64,000 nt of DNA from Amoebidium appalachense (GCA_963693365.1 CAVNZM010000003.1:717506-781505), one strand, 5' to 3'; positions 34,332 to 52,826 are shown, numbered from the stretch's first letter. The notes: generated by a model not told the origin, from the sequence alone. Numbers and translations are program-made.

Positions 34332-34548
34332 CTAGTATGTGCTAGGGAGATGCTGGTAGTCCACGTGGGGGTAGGGGATCACGTGACCCTGGGGCCCATA
34401 GTCGATGTTGGGGTGCACCTTAACCTTACCCCCCGCACCCTGCGTGTTCTTGCGTACCTGTGTGGGTTTAAGGGTGGTGATGAGGGTGGGGGTTTATGGT
34501 GGAAGGGTGTGACTGTGTGTGTCTGTGTGTGTCTGTGTGGGTGTGTGT

Positions 34549-34582
<34 letters not shown>

Positions 34583-35041
34583 TGGTGATGGTGGTGGTGG
34601 GTGAGCGGGGTTGGGTGGGGGAGCGGGGGCGGGGGGAGAGGGGGGGGGGACATGGGGTGGGAAGGGGGGCGTGTGTGTGTATGTCTGCGCGAATGTGTGT
34701 ATGTGGGTAGTGTATGTGTGTGTGGTGCACACGCGCAAACGTGTGTATTTGTGAGTGCCGTTGTGTCGTGTGTCTATGGAGCTATGTGCATGTCCGGGCA
34801 TCTTTGTATGTGTGTGCATTTTTTTTTTCACTTCTGTGTGTGTGCAAGCGTGCACTTGTGTGTGTGTGTGTGTGTGTGGGTGGGTGGGTGTGTGTGTGTG
34901 TGGGTGTGTGTATGTTTGTGCACGCGCGTGTGTGCCTGTGTGTGTGTATGTGTGTGTGTGTTATAAGCATGTACGCTGGTTTTTGTGTGAGAACATGTGC
35001 ATACCTGTGAGCACAGCGTGTGCGTGTGTGTATATGTGTGT

Positions 35042-35084
<43 letters not shown>

Positions 35085-35838
35085 TGTGTATGTGTGTGTG
35101 CGCGCTTGCGTCTGTAATCGTATGCATATATGGTGTGTGTGTGTGTAGATGCTTACAAGTGTGCATGTGGGTGTCTGTGTCTATTTGTGTCGTTGAAACT
35201 TTTGTGTGCGTAAGCGTGAGGTGGGTGGGGACGAGGCAGGGCAAAAGCAACCTAGAAAAGAACCCCCCCCCCCCTCCCCCCTCCCCCTCCCCCACGCACG
35301 TGCGCGCTGGGCGCCTTCCCTCCTCTTCCCCCCCGCTTTCAATTTCTACACAAACAGAAACACCGACAGGGACACTGTGTGTGTTGGTGTGTTGATGTGC
35401 GAACGAAGGCACCTTTTGTGCCATTAGAGTGTTTGGGATATATGCAACTACAAGTGGCGGGGGTGGTGGTTGGAAGTAGAGGAGGGTGGGGAACGGGGGA
35501 GGGGGGGGGGGGGGGGGGGGATAGATTGCGCTATATGGAGTACGAAGTTTACAACACAAAGCCGAGTGCAAAACCACACAAAGAGAGTATGCGAAATAAG
35601 CAGAGTCCAAACTCGGGGGGGGGGGGGGGGGGGGGGGGGTCAACTGCAAGATGAGGAACACGGTGCAGGACACATGCAAAGGCAAGCATTCAGGCACGCA
35701 ACATCAGCAGTGCACACAGTATGTAAGATTAGCAGAACCCATTCTCTGGGGGCGCCCAAGTCATCAATTGCATCCAAGTTTCGACCCGATATTATTTGTC
35801 ATGTCATCTCCATAACATTATGCATATGGCAGATATAT

Positions 35839-35873
<35 letters not shown>

Positions 35874-36300
35874 AGCACATTTACCAAGGACAACACAAGC
35901 TACATTTTACAGAACACACACAAGTGTGCATGATAAGCAGAGGAGGAGAGAAGGAGGGGGGTGGGGGGGGGGGGGGGGGGGGGTTGAATGTGTCATTAAG
36001 TACGAAGTAGACATGAACAACGGATAACACGACGCAGAGTGCAAACCATACATTAAAGAGTATGCATGATAAGCAGAGCCTATCCTCAGGGGGGGCCACG
36101 TCATTGGGGGGGAGGGGGGGGGGGGGGGATAATGGAGGTTTAGTGGGGATTGGGGGGGGGGGTGGGGGGGACGGGGGGGGGGGGGGGGGGGGGGGGGTAC
36201 GAACCCTCATTGATTGACCTCTCCTTTGTACGAATGGATCTTCGATGACTTTGGGTCGTGGCCGCACACGCAAAGACCCACCACGCTCACGGTGGAATGG

Positions 36301-36391
<91 letters not shown>

Positions 36392-36568
36392 CGCGCGTGT
36401 GTGTGACTGAGTAAGTAAATGAGTAAATGAGTGAGTGAGTGTGTGTGTGTGAGTGAGTGAGTGAGAGAAACTGTGTGTGTGTGCGCGCACGTGTGTGTGA
36501 ATGAGTGAGTAGATGAGTAAATGAGTGAGTGAGTGAGTGAGTGAGTGAGTGAGTGAGTGAGTGAGTGA

Positions 36569-36649
<81 letters not shown>

Positions 36650-39155
36650 TTTGTGTGTGTGTGTGTGTCTCGTACAAAGGGAGAATAGGGAGGGGAAAAG
36701 AGGAGGGAGGTAAGTATATCGTTATGCCCACGCACAAAGCACACACCCAGGAGGTGCTCTCGGTCATACAGCAAACAGCAATTCACCTACAAGAACGGGC
36801 AAGAGTGCACAAACATGGGCAACCAGGTTAACTCACACACACACAAGCTACAACACCTGCTCACGAAGGTGCATGTACACACACAAATGCACACACGTAT
36901 AAACAAATGCACGCACCCAAGCACGCACGCAGGCACACACGCACGCACGCAGACAAGCACACATGCACACACACACAAACAACCACACACACACACAGGC
37001 ACACACACTCACAGACACACCCACACACACGCATACACACGCACACCCGCACACACAGAGCGATGTGTCTTCAACACGCACGGAGTGTGCTTAATCCCTT
37101 CCCCCCCTCACAAACCACCCCATACGACATAACCACAACATACGACATCAAAAACGACATTATAATCATACCTGCAGCAGGGGTTGCAGAGCCGCTAACA
37201 GTTGCCGACGCATATCCGCTTACGTCATCATATGTCACCAACGCAGCAGGTGGGGGCTGATTCGTTTGAGCCCCCCCACCGCTATTTCCATTATCCGGCC
37301 GCAACAGAAAATCAATCGTAAATTTGCTACGTGCCGATTGGGACCCCCCTGCATTTCCGGAATTTCCGTGGCCAGACGGGGTATTTTCGAGATTTCCTGC
37401 CCTGCCCTCAATTTCGTCCCTTATTCTGTCTGCCGCCATAACCTGCCCGGTGGGATGCCCCGTGAGAGGGGCGGGCTGAAACCCGTTAGCTCTTTGCGAA
37501 CCCTGGTACGGCGTCTGCTTCATGTAAATTTGGTTTCGAGGGTACTCCCTCTGGACCCCCCCAGATGAATAGTGCGGATATTCCAACTTGTATTCCGGGT
37601 GCTGTGGCGAAGCAATATTCGGGGGGTACTCGTGATGGTAGGGGGTTCCTGATTGGCTAATGTGAGACTGGGGACTAAGGGGATCCATATAAGGTGAATG
37701 CCTCTCCGAACCCAACGACTCGTAGGATGGGACCGGTTGCGTGAGATGCGATTGGCGCGAATGGACAGAATACGCCGGGCTCTGCGGGGGATATCTCTCG
37801 CGATCGTCGTGATCTTGGTGCGAAATTACCGATTGAGATTGCGGGGGGACACCAAGAGTGTTCATTTCGGACACCATTACCTCTTCCATGTCGGTTTGCC
37901 GTTGTTTCTGGAGAGCTATTTTGTCGCTGAAACGCCGCGGGTTGAACGCGTTTTTGATTTCGAGCCCTGTCATTTGCTGCTCGGAAACCGCCAAAAAAGC
38001 GTCAGTGTTTGGATATATACGGGATATAAAAGTACTTGAAAGTGTGCTGCTACAGCTGGCTCTCAATTCGAGATTTCGTGTGCAAAAACCGAGGGGAAAG
38101 GCTGGGCTGGGCAAAAAGCCTTAACCAGACCTTTTGAACTGTGTAAAGCAGAGGTCTCTCGGACCTCCCCCCCCCCCCCCCCCCCCCCCCGGCCACAAGT
38201 CCGTCCCGCCCCAAACGTACACACACCCATCCCCTCACAAAAGCACACTTGCATACAAGAACATTCATTAAGCAAGAAACACAATATAGCCATACAGATA
38301 CTGCAACACAAACAAGTGTGCAGACACTCACTCACACACACACAGTCATAAAGGCATGAACGTGTGAAAACACAAACACGAGCACACGAACATAAACCCA
38401 CACCGTCATATGGACACGACACAGGTGCAGATGAGTGCGCACACGCACACACCCACACACACGTGCACACATGGGCAACGCACGAACATAACCGCACACA
38501 CACTGGCGCGCATACCCGCGCGCGCACACACAACCAAACACACACGAGAGCGCATACACATATACACGCACGTACTCACACACAGGCGCACCAACCACAT
38601 GCACACACACACAGAGAGAGAACGAAAGAGAGAGAGAGAGACATACACACGTACGCACGCACGCAACCACGCACACACCCAGACACGCACGCACGCACGC
38701 ACACCTGTGCGCGCACACGCACGAAAGAACACACACGAACATAAACAAGCACATTCACACACACCCACACATGCACATACTTACACACATGCAAGCTACA
38801 AACGTCGCACACGCACACGATTACATATACAAAAGGATGGGCTATGAGCACAACAAAGTGTGTACAGACGCATAGCACACGTCGACACAAACACAAAGTC
38901 ACTAGGTTAACAAAACAACACACTTATACATACAATGCTTCCTCCACTCACTGCTTCTTCCCCCCCACCTCCCCGCCTCTCCCCACCCCTCCCCCCCACC
39001 TCCCCTCAGAGCTCCGACACTTAATCCCAAAACATTCCAAAACATGGACACACACACACATAGGTTCAAAACTTGGACATAACCAACCACACAGCCACCC
39101 GCACATGCGGGCTCACAACACGTCTTGCACGGGAACTCTCATAGACACATAGACA

Positions 39156-39206
<51 letters not shown>

Positions 39207-39301
39207 GTGCACACACACAGACACACACACACAAACAGACACACGTACACACAGACACACATAAATGTGCGCGCACCCACCCACCCACCAACCCACCCAC
39301 C

Positions 39302-39343
<42 letters not shown>

Positions 39344-39473
39344 ACACACAAACACACACACACACCTGCAACATGTCATCTATCTCTTGTTGTCTCAACT
39401 GCTGCTGCGCAATTTTGTCTGCAAAACGCCTCGGCGTTTCTGAAACCTTAACCTCCCACGGTTGCGGGTCCAT
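34332..39473 (-). CDS. CRTC/TORC_N-like low-complexity protein (~378 aa); exons 39473-39366, 37976-37172, 36302-36205, 34457-34332
   Basis: Phase-consistent GT-AG junctions. [15 protein letters not shown] and [16 protein letters not shown] resemble the CRTC N-terminus [16 protein letters not shown]. The remainder is S/P/Q/H/Y-rich. Confidence 0.7.
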
Positions 39474-40846
39474 TTTCTAAACCTTTTAAAAAAGGGAGGG
39501 AGAGAGAGACTCTGAGAAAGAGAATGTTTAAAACAGGTTATTGTAGAGGAGGCCTCACCTCATGTGTCTTTGTGAGAATTAGAACCAAGGGGGAAAAAAA
39601 AAATCCTGTTGAAGGTGATTCACCTTCACAAACCCTTAAGCTTCATAAGCGGTCGTGCTTTAGAGAAAAGGGACAGAGTTCTCTAGGGTTGTGACCGAAG
39701 CTTCGATGGGGGAGAGAAGGTGCTTGTGAAGACTCTAGCCACCTAAAGCCGTCTTGTATGATGCTGGCTTACAAAAGAAAGACAACTGCTTGAGTATCGA
39801 TTGAATGAGCGTTGAGTTTAAAACCATGCACATTAGAGGCCACAACACCCCCAAGCTTTGGAAGAAAACAGCTGTGCAGTCTGTTGCTCAGATGAAACAC
39901 GGGACTTGTGTTTTCATGTTAGGGTTTCTAGATGCGAAAGACACGTTAAAGCAGCTAACTTTCCCCTGACAGAGCTATCCAGCTATTAGCTAAGCTAGAA
40001 ACTATATTAGAACAGAACTTATAACCATTACACATGTAACAATTGCAGGTAAATGTTTAGCCCAACGCCAAACGTTACACAGCTAAGCAAAACCCTTTGG
40101 ATGAAACGAAGACGCGGTCGCCTGTACGCCGAGCCGAACATTTTCTTTTTGGATATCTCTCACTGCGAATTGCAAGTTATCCAAATGTTGTCATATCTGC
40201 AACCATTTTTATACTTTGTGTTCATTCAGTTGCCCACAACAACGAGCAAATATTTCTTGACTGAATACTGCAATCTAAACGTATATAATTATAGAAAAAA
40301 AAATATTTGTAATTAACATGTTTTCTTAATATGCCAGTATATGTATATTTGGTTGGTTCATAATGAACTGTATATCCCTCGTGCGTGATTGAGAAAATAT
40401 TTTCCTTATCGGATTGGTCGTCGTGAAAGATTTCATCAATCATTAATGCGCTTGTGTCCAAGGCCCGAAAATTGTAGCTTGTGGGTGTTCTATATATTTT
40501 AAGTTGCAAATTGTAAACCCCCCTTACGCTTCAGCATTTTTCACACATTTTGTTTTTTACTACTTAATTATTGAGGCATAAATCTAGAGGGAGGTAAAAG
40601 TAGAGACGGTTCTTGTTATAATTATCTGTTGCCGGCGGCGGCGCAGGTACCAGGATCCCGCATACGCAAGCCGGCAATACAAAAGACAAATTAGAATTTC
40701 TAAAGAAAATTACATTAAAAATCCTATATTTCTGACTTAGTGAGTATTATAACAACAAATACTGACGAAAAAAGCACAAGAACCCTTGGCTTCAGTATCT
40801 AACACTCTGAACTGTGGCATTTTGCCCACCCATCTATTGTTGCTCA

Positions 40847-40872
40847 TGACGTCACGATCTGGTGTGACGTCA
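40847..40872. promoter_or_regulatory. Twin CRE palindromes (TGACGTCA x2)
   Basis: Exact 8-mers at 40847-40854 and 40865-40872, ~1.4 kb upstream of the CRTC-like ATG. Confidence 0.5.
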
Positions 40873-40945
40873 CACTACTGAGAAGGTCGACGACTTCCGG
40901 AAGAAAGGCTTTTTTTTTTTTTTTTTTTTTTTTTTTTCTGGGGTC

Positions 40946-40991
<46 letters not shown>

Positions 40992-41173
40992 AGGTCCGAA
41001 TTTAAGTTGCATGCACCCTTATTGATAATTAACTGATTCTCGTGGGCCGGAGTGATAATTCATGTTTCTCAAGCCAATGAATACACCTGTTTATTAGATG
41101 TATTGATTGGCTTGAGAAACACATTATTACAGAAACTCTAGCACGCACACGTACACACACACACACACACTCA

Positions 41174-41209
<36 letters not shown>

Positions 41210-41238
41210 AGCTGATACCGAGTGTCTCAGGGGAGCCC

Positions 41239-41271
<33 letters not shown>

Positions 41272-41321
41272 AGCGAACCCAACTAATTGATTTTCTTAGT
41301 CCTTATGGTGCGTCGTCGAGT

Positions 41322-41366
<45 letters not shown>

Positions 41367-41585
41367 ATATATCAGCGCCCGACATCTATGTACTTGATCA
41401 TGATACACCGCTGAGGGGATACTTCGAGCAAAACCCCCCCATACCTGAGACTGGTTTCTCTTTGCCTCGAGTAAACAGCGTAAAAAAAAGAATACATATG
41501 TTACCGTGAAATTCATCACAAGAAACCAATATTATCCTACAATCGAGAGAAAAATTGAGACATTAACATTAGCACTGAAACGTGA

Positions 41586-45613
<4,028 letters not shown>

Positions 45614-46091
45614 CTTTGAGGTTTCTAGTTATGCTGAAGTTTTTTGGGGTGTTTCTTTCTTTGGTCGAAGGGTGACGTTCTGTAAATCTCGGCTGTTGTT
45701 TCACAGTGATAAAGTTGCGGCTCTGCAAATGGGACTGAATGTGGAAGACTGGTTTTTACGCTTTCTCGCGATGTTTTTTTTCTGGGTTTTACTTTCTTCT
45801 ATACGTATTCAGCAATTACACAATATTCGTCTAGAAGTCTTTTGGAGTTTCGTTGTTCAAGTCATTTCGGTGCTGACCGTGATGTGAGGAGTGGGCAGAA
45901 GACCAGATCACGACAATGAACTATTTGCATACGCAAGAGGGCAGTAACTGTGAGCGGGTGTAAATATACAGGAAACAATGGTATCTCAGAGAAATAAACG
46001 CTTTATAACAACCATAAACATCTCAATATTTGTACTCTCACACTCTGACTTTTCCTTCTTTCCTCTTTTTTTTTCAAATGTGTCTTGAAAG

Positions 46092-47021
<930 letters not shown>

Positions 47022-47951
47022 CTTGAAAGTCCGCGGCCACAGTGAGCCACTATGAATTTACCTTCCAAATATGGCTCTTGATCGCAACCTTGGATTGGTG
47101 GACTACGGCGGCACTAATAGGCAGTGTGACGTCATGAAGCAAAGGGCTCACCGTCACAGTTGAAGCTCGCAGTACCGTTCACAGTTCACAGCCTTGTAAC
47201 TAAAATATTATAGGGGATATAGAGCACTGAAATGGAGGTTAATACATACATACATACAAATATCAAAAAACATGTCTAGATCAACGATAGCTTTTACACA
47301 CTTTTCTTTGACGTGATGATAAACACCTTGCTTTGAAACTCTCACCATGTCGACGCTTTCTCAGAAATTGTTTTTTAGCTTATGACTAGTATTCTATCGA
47401 ATGATTACGTCATTGGTGACGTAAATTAACGCAGACTACACATGGGCCGTCAACAAATGTACGGTGTCGGACGGAGTGAGCTTGAGCGTGTGCGTTGTGC
47501 GATCGAGAGTGTGTGTGTAACGGTGTGTACACGTAGGTGTGTGGTTGTTGCATCCTCTCAATGACCAGCGATGCCTTTTCAGCATATGCTTATACGGTAT
47601 ATTCAAGAGAAATAAGCAGACATTTTTTTTTTTTGCGAACCCGGTTTCAAATGGTAAACTGGCTTAGGCACATTTGAAACACCAGGCCATCATCATCCAT
47701 CCCCTACACCCAGTTCGCCATTTTAGGTTGGCTTCAAGCTACTTGCTTCATATATGCCTAGCAGTTTTACATCCTGATAATAGGCTCAAATCTGCGGTAG
47801 AGAAGCCTGGGGAAGTTGTACAGTTTTAGTTTTGGCACAGACGGGGACCTTATTCAAACATCACACACCAAACCGAAAGGGGGTTTTCAGCCAATCCTTA
47901 CGGATTCATAACTAGGTTTCAGCAAGCGCCGAACGTCAAAGAGTTTGCAAC

Positions 47952-48692
47952 ATGACTTCTTCAGAGGTCGAGCCAAACAACACACCTGTTACAGCCACAC
48001 CTTCCCAGGATGAAAACGACGCAACCACACAACCTCCCTTCCAACATGACAATACACATGTTCCCCTCACACCCATAACACGCATCAACGCTGATGTGAG
48101 CTCTACTTCACTAATTCAACACCCAACCACTATAGATAATCTTCTGGATCCTCATAGTGATCGTGTACCCACTTATGAAGAAGTTCAAGCAAGTTCTCAT
48201 ACAAGCACTGTGCAAGTTCCTACACAGACAAACACATCACAACATGAAAACGATCACGTGAACGAAGACGATGAAGACGATGAACCAACAGAACACACAA
48301 GCCTTCTTCCTCGCGCAAGCACAGGGGCAGCGACATCCGACAATAATCATCACTCACGATCCTACGTTTTCCCCAGTTTAGTCGCCAATTACTTTAGTAC
48401 AAACCGACGCTATCCAGCTGTTCCACGCTATACCGTACAAGCACATGATTCAGACACGCATGAAACACGAAGCACAAGCGAGGAATCGCTTTTGCCCCGC
48501 TATGAGGATCTGGAGGGGCAGTGGTACGGAGAAGATGAAGAGGAGTTTTTCGAGCGACAATCGTTTTGCTGTTTGAGCATCCGCCTTTATCCATACGGAC
48601 AGGTAACAAGATTCTCTTTTTATTCCTTTCTTTTTTATTCTTTTTCCTCTTTCACCATCGCCTTGTGCCCACCTTACTCTCCCCTCCTTTCC

Positions 48693-48733
<41 letters not shown>

Positions 48734-48920
48734 CCCTCCTTAGCCTCCCCCTCGCCACCACTCTCCTTCTATTGTGTTGGGAGCCCCCCCCCCCCAAAAA
48801 AAAAGCAAAAAAAAACAAAAAACAACAACAACAACAAAAAAAACAATACACGCACATACTGAGACATATTGGAGGTTTTGCTTTTGTGCTTGCCTTCCTC
48901 CAAGGCTTATATCACCACCC

Positions 48921-48989
<69 letters not shown>

Positions 48990-49620
48990 ACATGTGTGTG
49001 CGCGCACACACACAGATTAGACCTTTCACACAACACACTTGACAAAGATTCCACACGCTAAACTTTTTCATGCACAGGAAGACATACACACACACACGTG
49101 CGCGCGCACATACACACACACAAGTTGCACTGCTGTCCTTGTCTTCAATCACCTAGCGCAAATATATGCTTTTTTCTCCTTACTTATTTTAACACTCCCC
49201 ACACACACCGGTATCTTCTTACCATTCTGAATATTGTGTATGGAGTGATAATCCCCCCCCTCCCTCCCCCCCCCCTTACCCCCCTTCCCCCCCCCCCCTT
49301 CTCCCCCCCCAACCCCTCTCTCTCCCCCCCCCCCCCCCTCCCCCCCCGCCACCACCACCACTAGCACCCCTCCCCCTAATTAGTCACACAAACGAGCACT
49401 CCTAATTATACCATCTCTTCCTTTCCAGCTCAGTTTGCTTTCGTTTTCGGCACCCGTTTGTGAATACACATCCCCTCTCAAAACAAAACTGCATATTTAG
49501 CATCGGACCTTCCCCCCCACCTCCCAATTTTGTTTGTTTTTGCGTTTATTCGCACCTTATCCACTCTCCACTTCATTTCAGCCAGCCACACACACACACG
49601 TAAACACACACACACGCACA

Positions 49621-49708
<88 letters not shown>

Positions 49709-49902
49709 AAAAACACACACAAACACACACACACACACACACACAGCACACACTATCCCCCCCCCTCCCCCCCCCCCCCCCCCCCCCCTCCCTTCCCCCC
49801 CACCACCACACCCACACTGACTATCCCTCGCCCCCCCACCTTTCCCGTACGCACACCCACTCCTGCATCCCCCCCTCCCCCCCCCCCACCCCCCCTCCCC
49901 CC

Positions 49903-49958
<56 letters not shown>

Positions 49959-50121
49959 ACACACACTTGTGGCCCCCCGAGGATGGGTTCTTCTTATGTT
50001 GCATGCTGACCGTGTTGCTGTTGTTGCACACTTTAATGTTTGCCTTTACATGTGTACTGCACCATGCTTCTCATCGTGTAGTTGTACTTAGTGACCTGCT
50101 CGGGATTCTAACCCCCTCCCC

Positions 50122-50165
<44 letters not shown>

Positions 50166-50176
50166 ACGCACGCACG

Positions 50177-50213
<37 letters not shown>

Positions 50214-50242
50214 TTACACATACACATACACTTACACTTACA

Positions 50243-50287
<45 letters not shown>

Positions 50288-50530
50288 CCCTCCCCCTCCC
50301 ACGTCCCCCCCCCCCCCCCCCCCCCCCCACGCCGCCTCCCCACACACACACCACCACCACCACCGACACCACCGACACCCTCCTGCCTTCCCCTCTCCCC
50401 TCCCCCCCCCCCCCCCACACACACACACACACACATACACACACCCACACCCACCCAAATCCCCCTTTTCCCACCCACCCACCCCCTTACCCCCGCCCAC
50501 CCCCTCCCCACCCCCCACCCCCCCTCCCCT

Positions 50531-50567
<37 letters not shown>

Positions 50568-51087
50568 GGGCACCTCATACCGTTGGACCGCCCTAGGCCT
50601 TATCGAAACCATCCTGTCCGGTCTTACAGCGGGGCTGTGTGCCGCCACGATGCTCAACCCCGAATGGGCCCGTGGCCCGGACGGCCCGGTGTCGCTTCTC
50701 GATCTTTCCAGAGGTTACCACGGCGAACCGGGGCTGTTGGCTTTTCCCACGATACTTCTCCTTTTGTGCATATGTTGGATGCTCTTGGTCAGCGTGATGC
50801 CTGTGGCTTTTGCGTACGCTTTTTGGAGAAGACTTTTCCAACCCTGGATATCCCTCTCTGCGCAGCTTTTTTTGATTGGTTGTTCCATGTGTGTTCCACC
50901 ACTGCTTGTAGCGTGTGAGGTGTTGTACTATATGTGCGCGGATTGGCCGGAGGGGTATGAGCGGAGCGCGGCGGCCCAGTGGATGTTGGGTGGAGCAACG
51001 TGTTCCAGTGCGGTGCTTGGGTTGTTGGGGATTGCGGCGGTGTTCCCGTTTGGGTGTGTGTGCTTTGTGCCTACGGTGCATGTGTGA
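47952..51087 (+). CDS. Membrane protein: disordered N-terminus with PY-like motifs plus four TM helices (claudin/PMP22-like topology); exons 47952-48602, 50569-51087
   Basis: Phase-0 GT-AG intron, ~389 aa. VPTYEEV, VPRY and LPRYEDL motifs. TM1 is followed by NPEW. Confidence 0.7.
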
Positions 51088-51238
51088 GTGTACGTGTGTG
51101 TCTGTGTGTGTCTGTGTGCGCGTGTGTGACCGTGCGTGCGTGCGTGTGTGCATGTTTGCGTGCGTGTGTTGTGGTGTCCGTGCGTGCATGCGTTGTGTGT
51201 GCATCTTCTGGTTGTCTTAAGGCGACTGACTCCGTTTT

Positions 51239-51271
<33 letters not shown>

Positions 51272-52518
51272 AGGAGGGGGCCGGGGGAGGGGGGGGGGGG
51301 GGGGGGGGGAATGTCGCGCGGATTTGTGCATGTCTCATTGGAGCATGTGATAAGTCAAACTATCGAATGGCTTCTTTTTCTGGTATTTTTATTTATTTTT
51401 CCGGTATTTTTGGTGCTTTGTGTCCATGCTTCTTGCAGTGTGGTTATTCATTTCGGCACTGTATAACTGGTAGCAGTATGCATGCCGAGAGATTGGTAAT
51501 GTGGTGAAATATCCCATATAGACCCCTTGGATTATGCTGTTTTGGGGCTTTATGGTGCAAATTTCGTATGATCTACTGACTGGTGCTGTTTTTGGTGGTA
51601 GTGTCAAGTTATAGTTGTACTAGGCTAATGTGGTGGTTAGTTTAACGAGTAGCAATAAAGTGCGTCGAAATTCACGTCATTAACCCTGTTTATCTGTTTT
51701 TATGTGTGTGAAGGCAGGGGCTACTAACCTAGAGTGCTGTTTTTGATGTCGCGGTGTTCTGGATATACTTGCAGTGTGATATTCTAGTTAAGTCTCTAAA
51801 TTACAGAGGGATATATTAGTGATAGTCTTTAATTTGCGGTGAGATATACTAGTTTTGGTCTCTAAATTGCAGGCCTGGTGCCTGCATGTAGCGGTTTGGA
51901 AGTACTGAAACGCCTAAAATGATATCATTTTCCGTTTTTGTTAAATCTTCCAGATAAACCATTATCTATCCCCCCCCTCCCCCCTCCCCCCCCCCCCCAC
52001 GCATTCAACCCCCCCCCCCCCCCCCCCCCCCCCCCACCACCGTTCGATTTCGAGTTTTTTATATTCAGTGAAATTTGTGTTTTTGAATTTGCCTAACCCC
52101 CCCCCCCCCCCCCCCCCTCCCCGCCCCGCCCCTCCCTTTCACAAAAAAAAAGAAAAAGAAAAGAAAAGAAAAGAAAAAGAAAAAGAAAGAAAGAAAAAGA
52201 AATTCAAAGAAAGAAAAAAAAAAGACAAAGAAAAAGAAAGAAAGAGAAACAAATTCAAAGAAAGAAAAAAAAAAAAAAAAAAAGAAATAGCGAAAGAAAA
52301 GAAAATCTCTAGCTCCCCTACTGGGCCCCACCACGCCGTAAGATACCTGAACCCACCTCTCCCAGCTCACCAAATAGTGAGACTGAGATGCATACGACAT
52401 ACATGTGACCACGTGTATAAAACTGCAAATATAGGATTATGATTAGCACTGCATGCACGTAACTGCTACACCATGATGGGGTAAGGGAACATGTTGCAAT
52501 GTGTGCACGTGCACACGG

Positions 52519-52826
52519 CAAGATTTGTCTAGTATTATTGAGAGTTGTATGATGCATGCGAGCGCGATTTGTCTAGTGTTATTGAGAGTTGTATGATGCA
52601 TGCGAGCGCGATTTGTCTAGTGTTATTGAGAGTTGTATGATGCATGCGAGCAAGATTTGTCTAGTGTTATTGAGAGTTGTATGATGCATGCGAGCAAGAT
52701 TTGTCTAGTGTTATTGAGAGTTGTATGATGCATGCGAGCAAGATTTGTCTAGTGTTATTGAGAGTTGTATGATGCATGCGAGCAAGATTTGTCTAGTGTT
52801 ATTGAGAGTTGTATGATGCATGCGAG
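52519..52826. repeat. Minisatellite, 7 x 44 bp
   Basis: caagatttgtctagtgttattgagagttgtatgatgcatgcgag repeated head-to-tail with no spacers. Confidence 0.95.

Noticed and set aside
34188-34334. Alternative genetic code (TAG=Gln or TGA=Trp)
   Set aside because: Long Gln- and Trp-containing exons elsewhere contain no in-frame TAG, and TGA terminates several genes (18442, 51087, 54871).
52519-52826. 44-bp repeats as a CRISPR array
   Set aside because: Head-to-tail units with no unique spacers, no cas genes, eukaryotic context.
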